Shown: positions 19,963-29,003 of the stretch, one piece after another
Numbering within the stretch: position 1 is the stretch's first letter
How the letters are laid out: the number at the start of each line of letters is the position of its first letter
Source of the DNA: Candidatus Hodarchaeota archaeon
GTDB taxonomy: Archaea > Asgardarchaeota > Heimdallarchaeia > Hodarchaeales > Hodarchaeaceae
Length of the DNA: 64,000 bases
Direction of reading: 5' to 3'
Assembly (NCBI GenBank): GCA_016840035.1
Contig: JAEOTC010000030.1
Coordinates: 1-64,000, forward strand
The notes under the pieces: model-generated
Databases searched by the model: none
Seen by the model: only the letters and a program-made list of their open reading frames with translations
What the model was told of the DNA's origin: nothing
Position numbers and translations under genes: made by a program

Positions 19963-20643
19963 TCAATTTTGCATTTCAGATTGTTGTTCTTTATGATATC
20001 TCTTTGCAAATAATAATCTCTGAAAGGCTGAAATATTCGAAGCAACCCCGATTATTAATACGATGACTGAAAGAATACCAAAATCAACAATAGGCCAGAG
20101 GTCTGTCATTATATTCTCAATGAGTAGAATTTCTAAAAGACAACCAATTGACAACAATGTTAGTTTTTCTTTTCTCTCAAAAATACCTTGAGTAGATGTC
20201 ATATTAAGGCCACCTCGTAGCTCTGCAGTTGAACGAACATAACTGGCCAGGATCATACCTTCAAAGCAAAAGAAAACTAATTCTGGATTTACATATCCTC
20301 CAATCATTATACCAAGTAGGAAGAAAAACTCTGAAACTCGGTCTAGGGTACGGTCTAACAAAGCTCCAAAATGGCCTGCGATACCTCTTGCTCTTGCTAA
20401 ACTCCCATCCATCATATCTAATAATGAGGAAACACCGAGTAGAAATGTCCCCAATAGCAATCCTAAGCTAGCTCCCACTAAAGGTCCAGCAGCATAGGCT
20501 ATACAACTACATATACTAGCACCAACACTTAACATGGAAATCATGTTTGGAGTAATTCGTGTACTTGCTAAGAATTTTCCAAAAGGAGCAAAAATTTCTT
20601 CATATCTCTTTCGTAAACCTTTTTTAGGATTGGCGTCTGTCAC
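19963..20643 (-). CDS. CDP-alcohol phosphatidyltransferase (archaetidylinositol-phosphate synthase-like)
   Basis: TPN, DMMDGSLAR-x7-GALLDRTLDR, SYVR. Confidence 0.92.
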   Translation of the reverse strand: MTDANPKKGLRKRYEEIFAPFGKFLASTRITPNMISMLSVGASICSCIAYAAGPLVGASLGLLLGTFLLGVSSLLDMMDGSLARARGIAGHFGALLDRTLDRVSEFFFLLGIMIGGYVNPELVFFCFEGMILASYVRSTAELRGGLNMTSTQGIFERKEKLTLLSIGCLLEILLIENIMTDLWPIVDFGILSVIVLIIGVASNISAFQRLLFAKRYHKEQQSEMQN

Positions 20644-20805
20644 GATAGTTTCCCACTTATCTGAGGTATCTTCTATTCAAATCTCTTGGATTTTTAGTAA
20701 ATGATAAATTTTTTGCGCTAATCATTTATAATGAGCGATTTTCTCACTTAACTTAAGGTAATAGTTTCAAAATACCATCGCTATTAGTTTAGAAGGAATC
20801 CTTAC

Positions 20806-21618
20806 TTGAGATTATTGAAAGATCATTTAACGGCTATTATACTTCAAAATCTAAATTCTGAAAATGTTGGAATTCTATATAGTGGGGGAATTGACTCCTC
20901 GATTTTATTGAAGATTTTAATCGAAGAAATTGGAATAGATAGAATAATCCCAGTAACTGTTGGAGAAAAAGGCAGTTATGATCTTAATAATGCCCTAAGT
21001 GGAGCAAAAGAGTTAGGAATAAATCTAAAAACTTGTTTCTTAGAAAAATCATTAATCGAAATTACATTGGATAAAATTTTGGATCTTAATGTGATTTCAG
21101 AGGTAAATAAACTAGCCATTGCAATCCCGTTGTTTATAGGTATGAATTTTCTGAGCGAAAATAAGATAAAATGTGTTTTTCTAGGTCAAGGTGCAGATGA
21201 ACTCTTTGGTGGATACAAAAAGTATGCAGAGCTATACAAAAACTCTGGGAAGGATTCTATTCGGACATTGATGGATTCCGACTTAGCTTCTCTAATGACT
21301 AATCAATTAGTTATGGAAAAAAAGATTGCTAAATATCTGGGATTACGATCTATCTACCCTTTCCTTTCTCCAGATGTAATCAAGTATGCACAATCAACTC
21401 CAATAGACCATCATATTATCTACAAAGAGGATGATCCCATAAGAAAGGCACTTCTTAGAAAATTGGCTGTTGATATAGGTTTACCTACAAGAATTGCAGA
21501 TCAACCTAAGAAAGCTCTTCAATATGGATCTGGAACAGTGAAACTCCTACGGAAAATTACCAAGGATGCTGGTTTTCCGAATTTACGAATGTGGTTTGAG
21601 GAAACCTTCCACACTTGA
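20806..21618 (+). CDS. Asparagine synthase C-terminal (synthetase) domain only
   Basis: YSGGIDSS, GQGADELFGGY, KKALQYGSG; no Ntn glutaminase domain. Confidence 0.85.
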   Translation: MRLLKDHLTAIILQNLNSENVGILYSGGIDSSILLKILIEEIGIDRIIPVTVGEKGSYDLNNALSGAKELGINLKTCFLEKSLIEITLDKILDLNVISEVNKLAIAIPLFIGMNFLSENKIKCVFLGQGADELFGGYKKYAELYKNSGKDSIRTLMDSDLASLMTNQLVMEKKIAKYLGLRSIYPFLSPDVIKYAQSTPIDHHIIYKEDDPIRKALLRKLAVDIGLPTRIADQPKKALQYGSGTVKLLRKITKDAGFPNLRMWFEETFHT

Positions 21619-21621
21619 AGA

Positions 21622-22701
21622 TTAATGATGTTCTGGTCTCTCATAGGAAGCAATAATTGAATTCTGATCCGCTTGAATTATGAAAGTTGTGGATGTATCA
21701 CGAATCTGGAATTGTGTATTTTTTATATTGTTAATTACATGTTTGATTTCTTTAGAACTATGACGAATCGAGAAATGAATAGGAAGTAATAGAAATAATT
21801 TTTTAAAACCATTCAAAGCATCAATTAAGGATAGAAGGTCAGTATGAAGATCAAGATGATAGCTATCGTTTTTACTCAAATATGTTGTCTCATGAATGAT
21901 AATATTACAATCAGAAAAGAAACTTAGAACTTTAGGATTAAGTGTAGTATCACCAGAATACCCCAGGACAACTTCTAAATCACGAAAGATATCTGATCTC
22001 TTGATTGATTTACCTTTAATTATAATAGGCTTTGTATTTGTTTCAATTTGTCTGAGAGTAGAATTGAAAGGTATTTTCAATTTACGAGCTTTATCTACAT
22101 CAAGTTTTACTTTCTTAAAAGTGAATTTATAGGCGACAGATCCTTGGGGTAGATGAGAATTATTTTCACACCTCAATTTGTAACCTGCTTCTGGGATAAA
22201 TATATCTCCTACATCTATCACTTCAATGTTTACAACTAGGTTAATAATTGTGCCAACTTCAATTGCTAGGTATTTATAAAGAAATTCAGCATCAGATATG
22301 GGAAAATTCGAATCCTTTAGTGAAAAGACTTCTTTCATCCGCAACTGTAGCGGAATCGTTGATCCTTTCGGTATTACAATATTGAGCGGTTCTTGCTCTC
22401 GTTTTTCTCTTTCGAGTAAGATTATTCGATGTAATATGTGAGGAAGGCCTCCCCAATGGTCAAAGTGCATATGTGAAAGAATGATGTGTGATATTTTCCC
22501 GAATGTGGGTTTTCCTAACGCTTTGAGTTCTGTATTTTCTGAGCTTCCTACCACTTGAATCCAGTTATTCTGAAATTTTTGAAAAGCCTGAATGATCTCT
22601 GAAGGACACTCGAATAAAAATCGATTATCAACCAAAAACGAGGTTGTGGCATCATCAGCGGTCGGTACTGTTCCCCGTGACCCTATCACACCAATGATCA
22701 T
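21622..22701 (-). CDS. rnz: Ribonuclease Z-like MBL hydrolase
   Basis: GSRGTVP, SHMHFDH, YSGDT, HETTY, IHFS; ATG at 22701 preferred over upstream GTG at 22716. Confidence 0.8.
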   Translation of the reverse strand: MIIGVIGSRGTVPTADDATTSFLVDNRFLFECPSEIIQAFQKFQNNWIQVVGSSENTELKALGKPTFGKISHIILSHMHFDHWGGLPHILHRIILLEREKREQEPLNIVIPKGSTIPLQLRMKEVFSLKDSNFPISDAEFLYKYLAIEVGTIINLVVNIEVIDVGDIFIPEAGYKLRCENNSHLPQGSVAYKFTFKKVKLDVDKARKLKIPFNSTLRQIETNTKPIIIKGKSIKRSDIFRDLEVVLGYSGDTTLNPKVLSFFSDCNIIIHETTYLSKNDSYHLDLHTDLLSLIDALNGFKKLFLLLPIHFSIRHSSKEIKHVINNIKNTQFQIRDTSTTFIIQADQNSIIASYERPEHH

Positions 22702-22800
22702 TATTTGTGGACACACCTAATGGTTTAAAGGAAGTAATCATGGCAAGAATATTTTTTGTCTTTAGGAGACAATTTTCTACCAAAATTAAAAAACTTAAAA

Positions 22801-22869
22801 TTAACCTTTTCTTCTTCGTTCTTTTCTTTTCCTTCTTCTTAGCCGTTTTTTCTTCCATTTTTCTCGCAA
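22801..22869 (-). CDS. rpl41e: Ribosomal protein eL41 (eS32), 22 aa; not in ORF track
   Basis: Manual translation from TTG: MREKWKKKRLRRRKRKERRRKG*, matching the eL41 pattern MRxKWxKKRxRRxKRK. Confidence 0.88.
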   Translation of the reverse strand: MREKWKKKRLRRRKRKERRRKG

Positions 22870-22914
22870 AATACTTCACACTACTTAGGAATTTGTTATA
22901 CGTGAATTTAAGTT

Positions 22915-23355
22915 TTATGCACTTTTTGATAGAGTTTCTTCAATCCATTCTTTAAATTTAGCTCTTGGAGCCGCACCTGCTCTTTGTGCTAATCTGTTAC
23001 CTGCTTTAAATAGTATAAAAGTCGGTACAGAAAATATACGATATTTGCCAGATGCTTGGGGGTTATGATCAGTGTTAATTTTAAGAAAAACAACCTTATT
23101 GGAGTATTCTTTACTTAACTCTTCATAAACAGGAGCCATCACTTGACATGGTCTACACCATGCATCTGCAGAAAAATCTACTAAGACAGGTAAGGGAGAA
23201 GATTGAATTAATCTATCAATGTTTGAATCGTCAACATGAGTGACACCCATTTGATTTACTTCATTAAAGAAAGATACGTTCTTTTTTAGCGATGAAGCCT
23301 TCTTTTTCAAAATCTCTTGAAGTTCAGGATCAAGGTCGGTCAATTTATCTACCAT
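22915..23355 (-). CDS. trxA: Thioredoxin
   Basis: WCRPC active site, SVPTF. Confidence 0.93.
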   Translation of the reverse strand: MVDKLTDLDPELQEILKKKASSLKKNVSFFNEVNQMGVTHVDDSNIDRLIQSSPLPVLVDFSADAWCRPCQVMAPVYEELSKEYSNKVVFLKINTDHNPQASGKYRIFSVPTFILFKAGNRLAQRAGAAPRAKFKEWIEETLSKSA

Positions 23356-23724
23356 TCTCCTATCTGGTTGACGTATTTGTCACCATGTTCTTGGAACACT
23401 CTAAGCTACCCGAGAAAAAGAGGTTTTAAAAGGATTTCAGAGAACATTAGATTGAAATAAGTGATTCTGTTAAAGGATGATTCAAAGGAAATTCGATTTC
23501 TTGAACTCAAAGCATTCATCCAATAAAATGGATAAAATATGAGGAACCCCTACAATATATTTATCAGTCAGAGTAGGAAGGAAAACTGTATTCAGGAAAT
23601 ATCAGAAAATTATGAGACATCAACGAATTTACCAATGTAAAATGATTGATAAACAAACCCCAGGTCTCCTAAAACTAATACGATTTTAGCTCTCAACACC
23701 TCTATTTGCGCTGGAGGAGTCTCT

Positions 23725-24600
23725 ATTAAAATTCTGATTGGCATTCCACTACATAATGAACAAGCATATCTCCGTGAATGTCTTGTCTCTCTTTACGAGT
23801 ATCTACAATCAGAATGTCCAGATTACGACATTATTGTCCTTTTAGCTGACGATGGAAGCACAGACCAATCTCGTGAAATATATGAAGAACTCTCGTTGAG
23901 TTATAATCTAAAAACAATACGTCATGAGCAAGGGCCATTAGGGTATGGAAATACAATCCTCACTCTGTTCAAAGAAGCACGAAAAGGATATGATGTATTA
24001 ATTACGTTCGATGCCGATTTACAGCATGCTCCGTTTTCCATCAAAGAAATAATTGACAGAATGAAGGAGGATCCTCTTCTAGATTTGGTTTCTACTAGTA
24101 GGTATTTATCATACAGGTTCTGGAAAAATAATACAAAAGTTCCAGTCGATAGGTATGTTACAAATATGTTCCTTACGAGAACGATCAACGAAATTTTTGA
24201 TCTTAAAATTACAGATGCCTTTTGTGGATTAAAGGGGTACCGAGTAAAAATTCTTCCTTCTCAAATGGATCATGCAGGGTATTCTTTTCCATTGGTATTT
24301 TGGCATTACGTATATCAAAATAAATTATCTGTAGAGGAAGTAGAAACACCTATTATCTATAGAATAGATAGAAGATCTAGAGGTGAATGGAAAACAAGAA
24401 CCAATGATTATTTTCAGAAACTTGAATCTTTAATCGACACTGACACTTTGAAGAAAATAGTATCAGAATTTCAAAAGAGGACTATAACACAGATAACAGA
24501 AATAATTGACCATTATTCTGATTTTCCTATTTACACATATACTGACTTCTTTAAGATAAAATGGTTAGATGAAGAATCTAATAATCAAATAGAGGAGTGA
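23725..24600 (+). CDS. Glycosyltransferase family 2 (DPM1-like); probable ATT start
   Basis: Frame stays open upstream of the 23896 TTG and encodes IKILIGIPLHNE...DDGSTD; also DADLQH and DAFCG; GGAGG precedes ATT at 23725. Confidence 0.85.
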   Translation: MKILIGIPLHNEQAYLRECLVSLYEYLQSECPDYDIIVLLADDGSTDQSREIYEELSLSYNLKTIRHEQGPLGYGNTILTLFKEARKGYDVLITFDADLQHAPFSIKEIIDRMKEDPLLDLVSTSRYLSYRFWKNNTKVPVDRYVTNMFLTRTINEIFDLKITDAFCGLKGYRVKILPSQMDHAGYSFPLVFWHYVYQNKLSVEEVETPIIYRIDRRSRGEWKTRTNDYFQKLESLIDTDTLKKIVSEFQKRTITQITEIIDHYSDFPIYTYTDFFKIKWLDEESNNQIEE

Positions 24601-24705
24601 AGCTGCTGGTGGGACTTGAACCCACGGCCAACAGATAACTCGGAAAAATCATAATTGAAGAGGAATCTTACGAGTCTGTCGCTCTACCAACTAAGCCACA
24701 GCAGC
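24601..24705 (-). tRNA. tRNA-Thr(CGT) with 32-nt intron at 37/38 (24637-24668)
   Basis: Acceptor GCTGCTG/CAGCAGC; ACAGA-CTCGTA|intron|A-TCTGT; BHB central helix CTCG/CGAG. Confidence 0.93.
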
Positions 24706-25245
24706 TTATTTTCCTAATCTAAGCGTAAAGATTTATGATAAATACTATTTCTATCTATTTTGTATAATCTTAATAAATAGTCATTCATTTAGAAAAGAGG
24801 TATAGAGGAATCAAATATCTTGGAGATATATTGAGACATTCAAAAGTGAGAAAAATAAAGCGAATTTATGCTGTTCAGGTGAAGTTTGACCTCATAATAA
24901 TGAATTCGGGTTGCAGAATTCAAGCAATGATATTTCGAATTCAAAAACATTTAAGATTAGTTAAAAGATGAAAATATAAATAATTCTAATGTTGTTGCGT
25001 ATATGAAACTGATTTTCTTATTCTATTGTCATATTGAATTGTACCTACCCTCTGAAATCCATTCAAACACTTCTTAGCCTATTTAGTAAATTTGTCAGTT
25101 AGAAAGTTATATGAATTATATATAAAAAAGGTTAAACTTGAATTTAAGCAGAATTTAAGGCACCATTCCGTTCATGCAAAGATTTGTGTATATCTTCTGC
25201 TTTTATCTCATTAGATGTATTATCTAATTAAAGGAATGAATATAG

Positions 25246-25524
25246 ATGGCTGCGATTGAAGTTGGTAGAGTTATTGTAAAGACCGCCGGACGCGAGGCGT
25301 TAATGAAAGCAGTGATCGTTGATTTAGTTGATCAAAACTTTGTTTTGATTTCCGGTGGTGGTGTATCCGCTGTAAAGAGACGTCGCTGTAATATTAAACA
25401 TATTCGCCCGTTAGATACCATTATTAGTATCAAACGGGGTGCTAAAGACGATGATATTCAGAAAGCGATAGATAAGGCGGGTCTTATTGACCAGATCAAA
25501 GAATCTTTACAAATTACTATCTAA
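25246..25524 (+). CDS. rpl14e: Ribosomal protein L14e
   Basis: IEVGRVIVKTAGREA...VKRRRCNIKH. Confidence 0.95.
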   Translation: MAAIEVGRVIVKTAGREALMKAVIVDLVDQNFVLISGGGVSAVKRRRCNIKHIRPLDTIISIKRGAKDDDIQKAIDKAGLIDQIKESLQITI

Positions 25525-25553
25525 AATCACTTTTTCTTTTTTGGGGTCTTTTT

Positions 25554-26528
25554 ATGACTTCCCCTTTTTTTGAGAAGGTATCGAATTACCAGACAAATCC
25601 TGAGTTTGGACTGTCCCCTGAGAAACGTGACATTTCAGATTTATTAAATCGAGGAATCATTAATTTAGATAAACCTGCAAATCCTACCTCCCATGAGGTC
25701 ACTGCGTGGATTAAACATATTTTAAGTATTAATAAAGCAGGCCACGGTGGTACATTAGATCCCGCTGTTACGGGATGTCTACCAGTAGCTCTCGGTCGTG
25801 CAACCAAATCGTTACAAGTATTATTACCTGCAGGAAAAGAGTATATTTGCGTAATGAAACTCCACGAGCCGAAAACCCAAGATGAAGTAGAAGAAGTACT
25901 CAAAATCTTTCGTGGGAAAATTTATCAAACTCCTCCAGTAAGGAGTAATGTAAAAAGACAATTACGTGTAAGAAAAATATATTCCCTTGATCTCCTTGAA
26001 CATCTTGATTCACAGTTTACATTGTTACGAATTAAATGCGAAGCTGGAACGTACATTCGAAAATTGTGTCATGATATAGGATTAATATTGGGGACGGGTG
26101 CACACATGCATGAATTAAGACGTACACAGACTGGACCATTCAATGTTGAGAATAGTGTTACACTTCAGGATCTTGCTGATGCATGGTATTATTATAATCA
26201 GGAGGGTGAAGATCAATATATCCGTGAAATAATTAAACCCATTGAAGCGATATGTGTTCATTTACCTAAAATTTACATTCGTGACTCTGCGGTCGATGCT
26301 ATATGTCATGGTGCCCAGCTTACCCTTCCAGGAGTAATTAAATTTTCTAGAAATATCGATAAAAATACCCTGGTAGCTATTCTTACAATGAAGGGTGAAT
26401 TAGTAGCCTTTGGACGTAGTACCTTGACAAGTAGAAAGATTGCAGAGCTAAAAAACGGTATTTGTACGAAACCAATTGCTGTATTCATGGAAAAGAATAC
26501 ATATCCACCATCGTGGAAAGAAATTTGA
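25554..26528 (+). CDS. cbf5: H/ACA pseudouridine synthase Cbf5
   Basis: LDKPANPTSHEV, GHGGTLDP, GTYIRKLCHD, PUA domain. Confidence 0.96.
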   Translation: MTSPFFEKVSNYQTNPEFGLSPEKRDISDLLNRGIINLDKPANPTSHEVTAWIKHILSINKAGHGGTLDPAVTGCLPVALGRATKSLQVLLPAGKEYICVMKLHEPKTQDEVEEVLKIFRGKIYQTPPVRSNVKRQLRVRKIYSLDLLEHLDSQFTLLRIKCEAGTYIRKLCHDIGLILGTGAHMHELRRTQTGPFNVENSVTLQDLADAWYYYNQEGEDQYIREIIKPIEAICVHLPKIYIRDSAVDAICHGAQLTLPGVIKFSRNIDKNTLVAILTMKGELVAFGRSTLTSRKIAELKNGICTKPIAVFMEKNTYPPSWKEI

Positions 26529-26622
26529 TATCTGATTCTTCTCCTTCTAGAAACGGGTTGTAAACCTAAAAATGCATTTGTAACTGGTAAAAGAGTCCTT
26601 TAATCAATGTATTATTGAATTC

Positions 26623-27024
26623 CTATACCCTACGTCCTCTTCTTCCACCACGTTGTCTTGTACTATCGTGAGGAATAGGTGTTACTTCTTCAATTCTGGT
26701 AATCTGTAATCCTGAACGTGCTATTGCTCTGATTGCTGCTTGAGCTCCTGGACCGGGATTTCTTGCGCCAGAACCTCCTGGGGCTCGAACTTTTACTACA
26801 ATCTTCCTTATACCTTTTTCTTTGGCAGCTCTAGCAATCTCATGCCCAACTTTCATTGCGGCATAAGGAGACGATTGATTTCGATCTGCACGAACTACTT
26901 GTCCACCTGAAGACTTTGCAATCGTTTCAGCGCCAGTCATATCGGTTAAAGTAATAATTGTATTATTATACGAACTTAAGATGTGAGCGATACCAGTGGA
27001 AGGATTTTTACTTGCTTTAGACAT
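26623..27024 (-). CDS. rps11: Ribosomal protein uS11
   Basis: [28 protein letters not shown]. Confidence 0.97.
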   Translation of the reverse strand: MSKASKNPSTGIAHILSSYNNTIITLTDMTGAETIAKSSGGQVVRADRNQSSPYAAMKVGHEIARAAKEKGIRKIVVKVRAPGGSGARNPGPGAQAAIRAIARSGLQITRIEEVTPIPHDSTRQRGGRRGRRV

Positions 27025-27046
27025 TTCTTATAACCAACGTGATAAA

Positions 27047-27610
27047 TTAATTTTCTCTGTCCTCGGTAGGAGGAGGACCTACAGCTCTTGAAGTTGGAAC
27101 ACTCAATGCTGGATGTGTGGAATCATTGTATGGAGAGCTGGGAGAATAAGTAATAAGTTCTTCTTCTCCACGTTTGACGTGATAACTAGGAGCAGTAACT
27201 TTACGGCCTTCAAGAGCAATGTGTCCATGACAGATCATTTGTCGAGCTTGCCACGGAGTATTTGCGAGTCCAAGTTCATGAACAATCGATTGTAATCTTC
27301 GTTTTAAGAATTGTTCAACATTTAGCGAGAGAACATCATCAGTTAATCCCTCTTCGTTCGCCATGATTCCCATTCGGAATAATTTCCTTACGAGAATATT
27401 CCTTTCAACTTCTCTTTGTGATTCGGGCATGGCGAGGGAAGCACGAGCTCTTGATCGATATTTTCGGAGGACAGTTTGTGCTTTCCATATTTCTTTCTTG
27501 TTTCTGAGACCAAATCGTCCCATATATTGCATTTCCTCTTCAATTCGAGTTTTGTTGAATGGATGGCGAGGACCTTCAAGCTTTTTCCGTAATTTTCTTG
27601 GATCTCCCAT
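27047..27610 (-). CDS. rps4: Ribosomal protein uS4
   Basis: MGDPRKLRKK, GLRNKKEIW, RRLQSIV, ARQMICHGHI. Confidence 0.96.
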   Translation of the reverse strand: MGDPRKLRKKLEGPRHPFNKTRIEEEMQYMGRFGLRNKKEIWKAQTVLRKYRSRARASLAMPESQREVERNILVRKLFRMGIMANEEGLTDDVLSLNVEQFLKRRLQSIVHELGLANTPWQARQMICHGHIALEGRKVTAPSYHVKRGEEELITYSPSSPYNDSTHPALSVPTSRAVGPPPTEDREN

Positions 27611-27620
27611 AATTTTCACT

Positions 27621-28070
27621 TCATTGTTTTTGCTTCTTCTTGGATACTCCTATTGTGGTTCCTCCACGTCCAGAAGTTTTTGTTCTCTGCCCTCGGACTG
27701 GGAGTCCCAAATAATGCCGAATTCCTCTGTAAGAACGCGTCTTTTTCTCACGTTCAATATCAAGACGGATAGTATCAATCAAATCATTACTAATAATATG
27801 TAAGTCTTCACCCGAGACAATGTCTTTCTGCCGATTTAACATCCATGTAGGAATATCGAAAGCGGAACAGTTAGTAATAATATCTTCAATTAATTGAACT
27901 TCCTCCTCAGTTAAGAATCCACATCTCATCTCAGAGTCGATCTCGGCTTTTTGACAAATTTGAGTAGCAAGACGGTAGCCTACTCCCCTTATTTTGGTTA
28001 TGGCATGAGCTACAAGCCAATTTCCTGGACAATCAGCTCCTGCAATCCTTAATTGGTGATTATACTCCAA
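27621..28070 (-). CDS. rps13: Ribosomal protein uS13
   Basis: IRGVG, WMLNRQKD, YRGIRHYLGLPVRGQRTK. Confidence 0.97.
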   Translation of the reverse strand: MEYNHQLRIAGADCPGNWLVAHAITKIRGVGYRLATQICQKAEIDSEMRCGFLTEEEVQLIEDIITNCSAFDIPTWMLNRQKDIVSGEDLHIISNDLIDTIRLDIEREKKTRSYRGIRHYLGLPVRGQRTKTSGRGGTTIGVSKKKQKQ

Positions 28071-28372
28071 AATTCATTCCAACTAATATTTGTTTAATAA
28101 TGAATAGTTTGAACGTTAAACACTTTTCGTGGTTATCCGTTTTGCTATTCTCCTCTGCTTAATAAGGAGTTTGACTACCCTATATTATGGTTACGAACCT
28201 AAAGCAGAAAATTCTGAAAATTAATTTCCTAAGAATTTGATTCTTAAATTCGTTCTAAATGCTCAAACTCGTGATGAATGCTTCTATCCTTGATATCACT
28301 TGTTTTAATTGTCACACTTACCTTTTTCGAAAAATACTGAGTGAGACTCTTACATGAGAAATTAGAATTGAG

Positions 28373-28489
28373 CGCCGGGGGAGAGATTTGAACTCTCGAG
28401 CTCAAAGAGCACATGCTTTGTGGTAAAAAGGATTCCTCCTGACCACAGTATTTCCAGGCATGCTTCCTGCCGGACTAGAATACCCCGGC
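28373..28489 (-). tRNA. tRNA-Ser(GGA) with 34-nt intron at 37/38 (28418-28451)
   Basis: Acceptor GCCGGGG/CCCCGGC, discriminator G, long variable arm GCTC-TTT-GAGC, CATGC-CTGGAA|intron|A-GCATG. Confidence 0.92.
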
Positions 28490-29003
28490 TGTCCGAATTG
28501 TTGTTTATTCGAAGTTTACGAATGTAAATAGGTCTTATTGGAACTTCTGTAACTAAACTTTAACTTATTCTCAATTACTGTAATGAGATCGCTTAATTAA
28601 GCAGCTCTCCTTCATTTTTCAGGTTTTTAACAGTTGTTTTTTGATCTTTTCTTGAGACTTTTTAGAATTATGATTTCAACGAAATATTTAAGCAGGATTT
28701 TTTATTTAAGGCTGAAATTCAAGGTAAATTGTATTTTACCTAAATTAAATCACCTTAGGAATTATAAAATTGTACATGTGTTATGATACTGGGTGAATAA
28801 GAGAGAATATTTAGCCATTACAACTGATAAGCGAAATTAGTCGTAAATAATCATTTTAGTGATGGAATTTATGGACTTGCCTTGAATATTCTTTTTTTGT
28901 CGGCATTGGGAAAATATTTGAAATAAGACTAGACTTATATTAGTAGGTATTAGACCTATTCCTAAACAGATTTATCTGAACTTGCGATAAGGAGATTTAT
29001 TTT

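Noticed and set aside
22655-22955. ORFs 22655-22879 (-) and 22707-22955 (+)
   Set aside because: Off-frame and antisense shadows of the Lys/Arg-rich eL41 gene.
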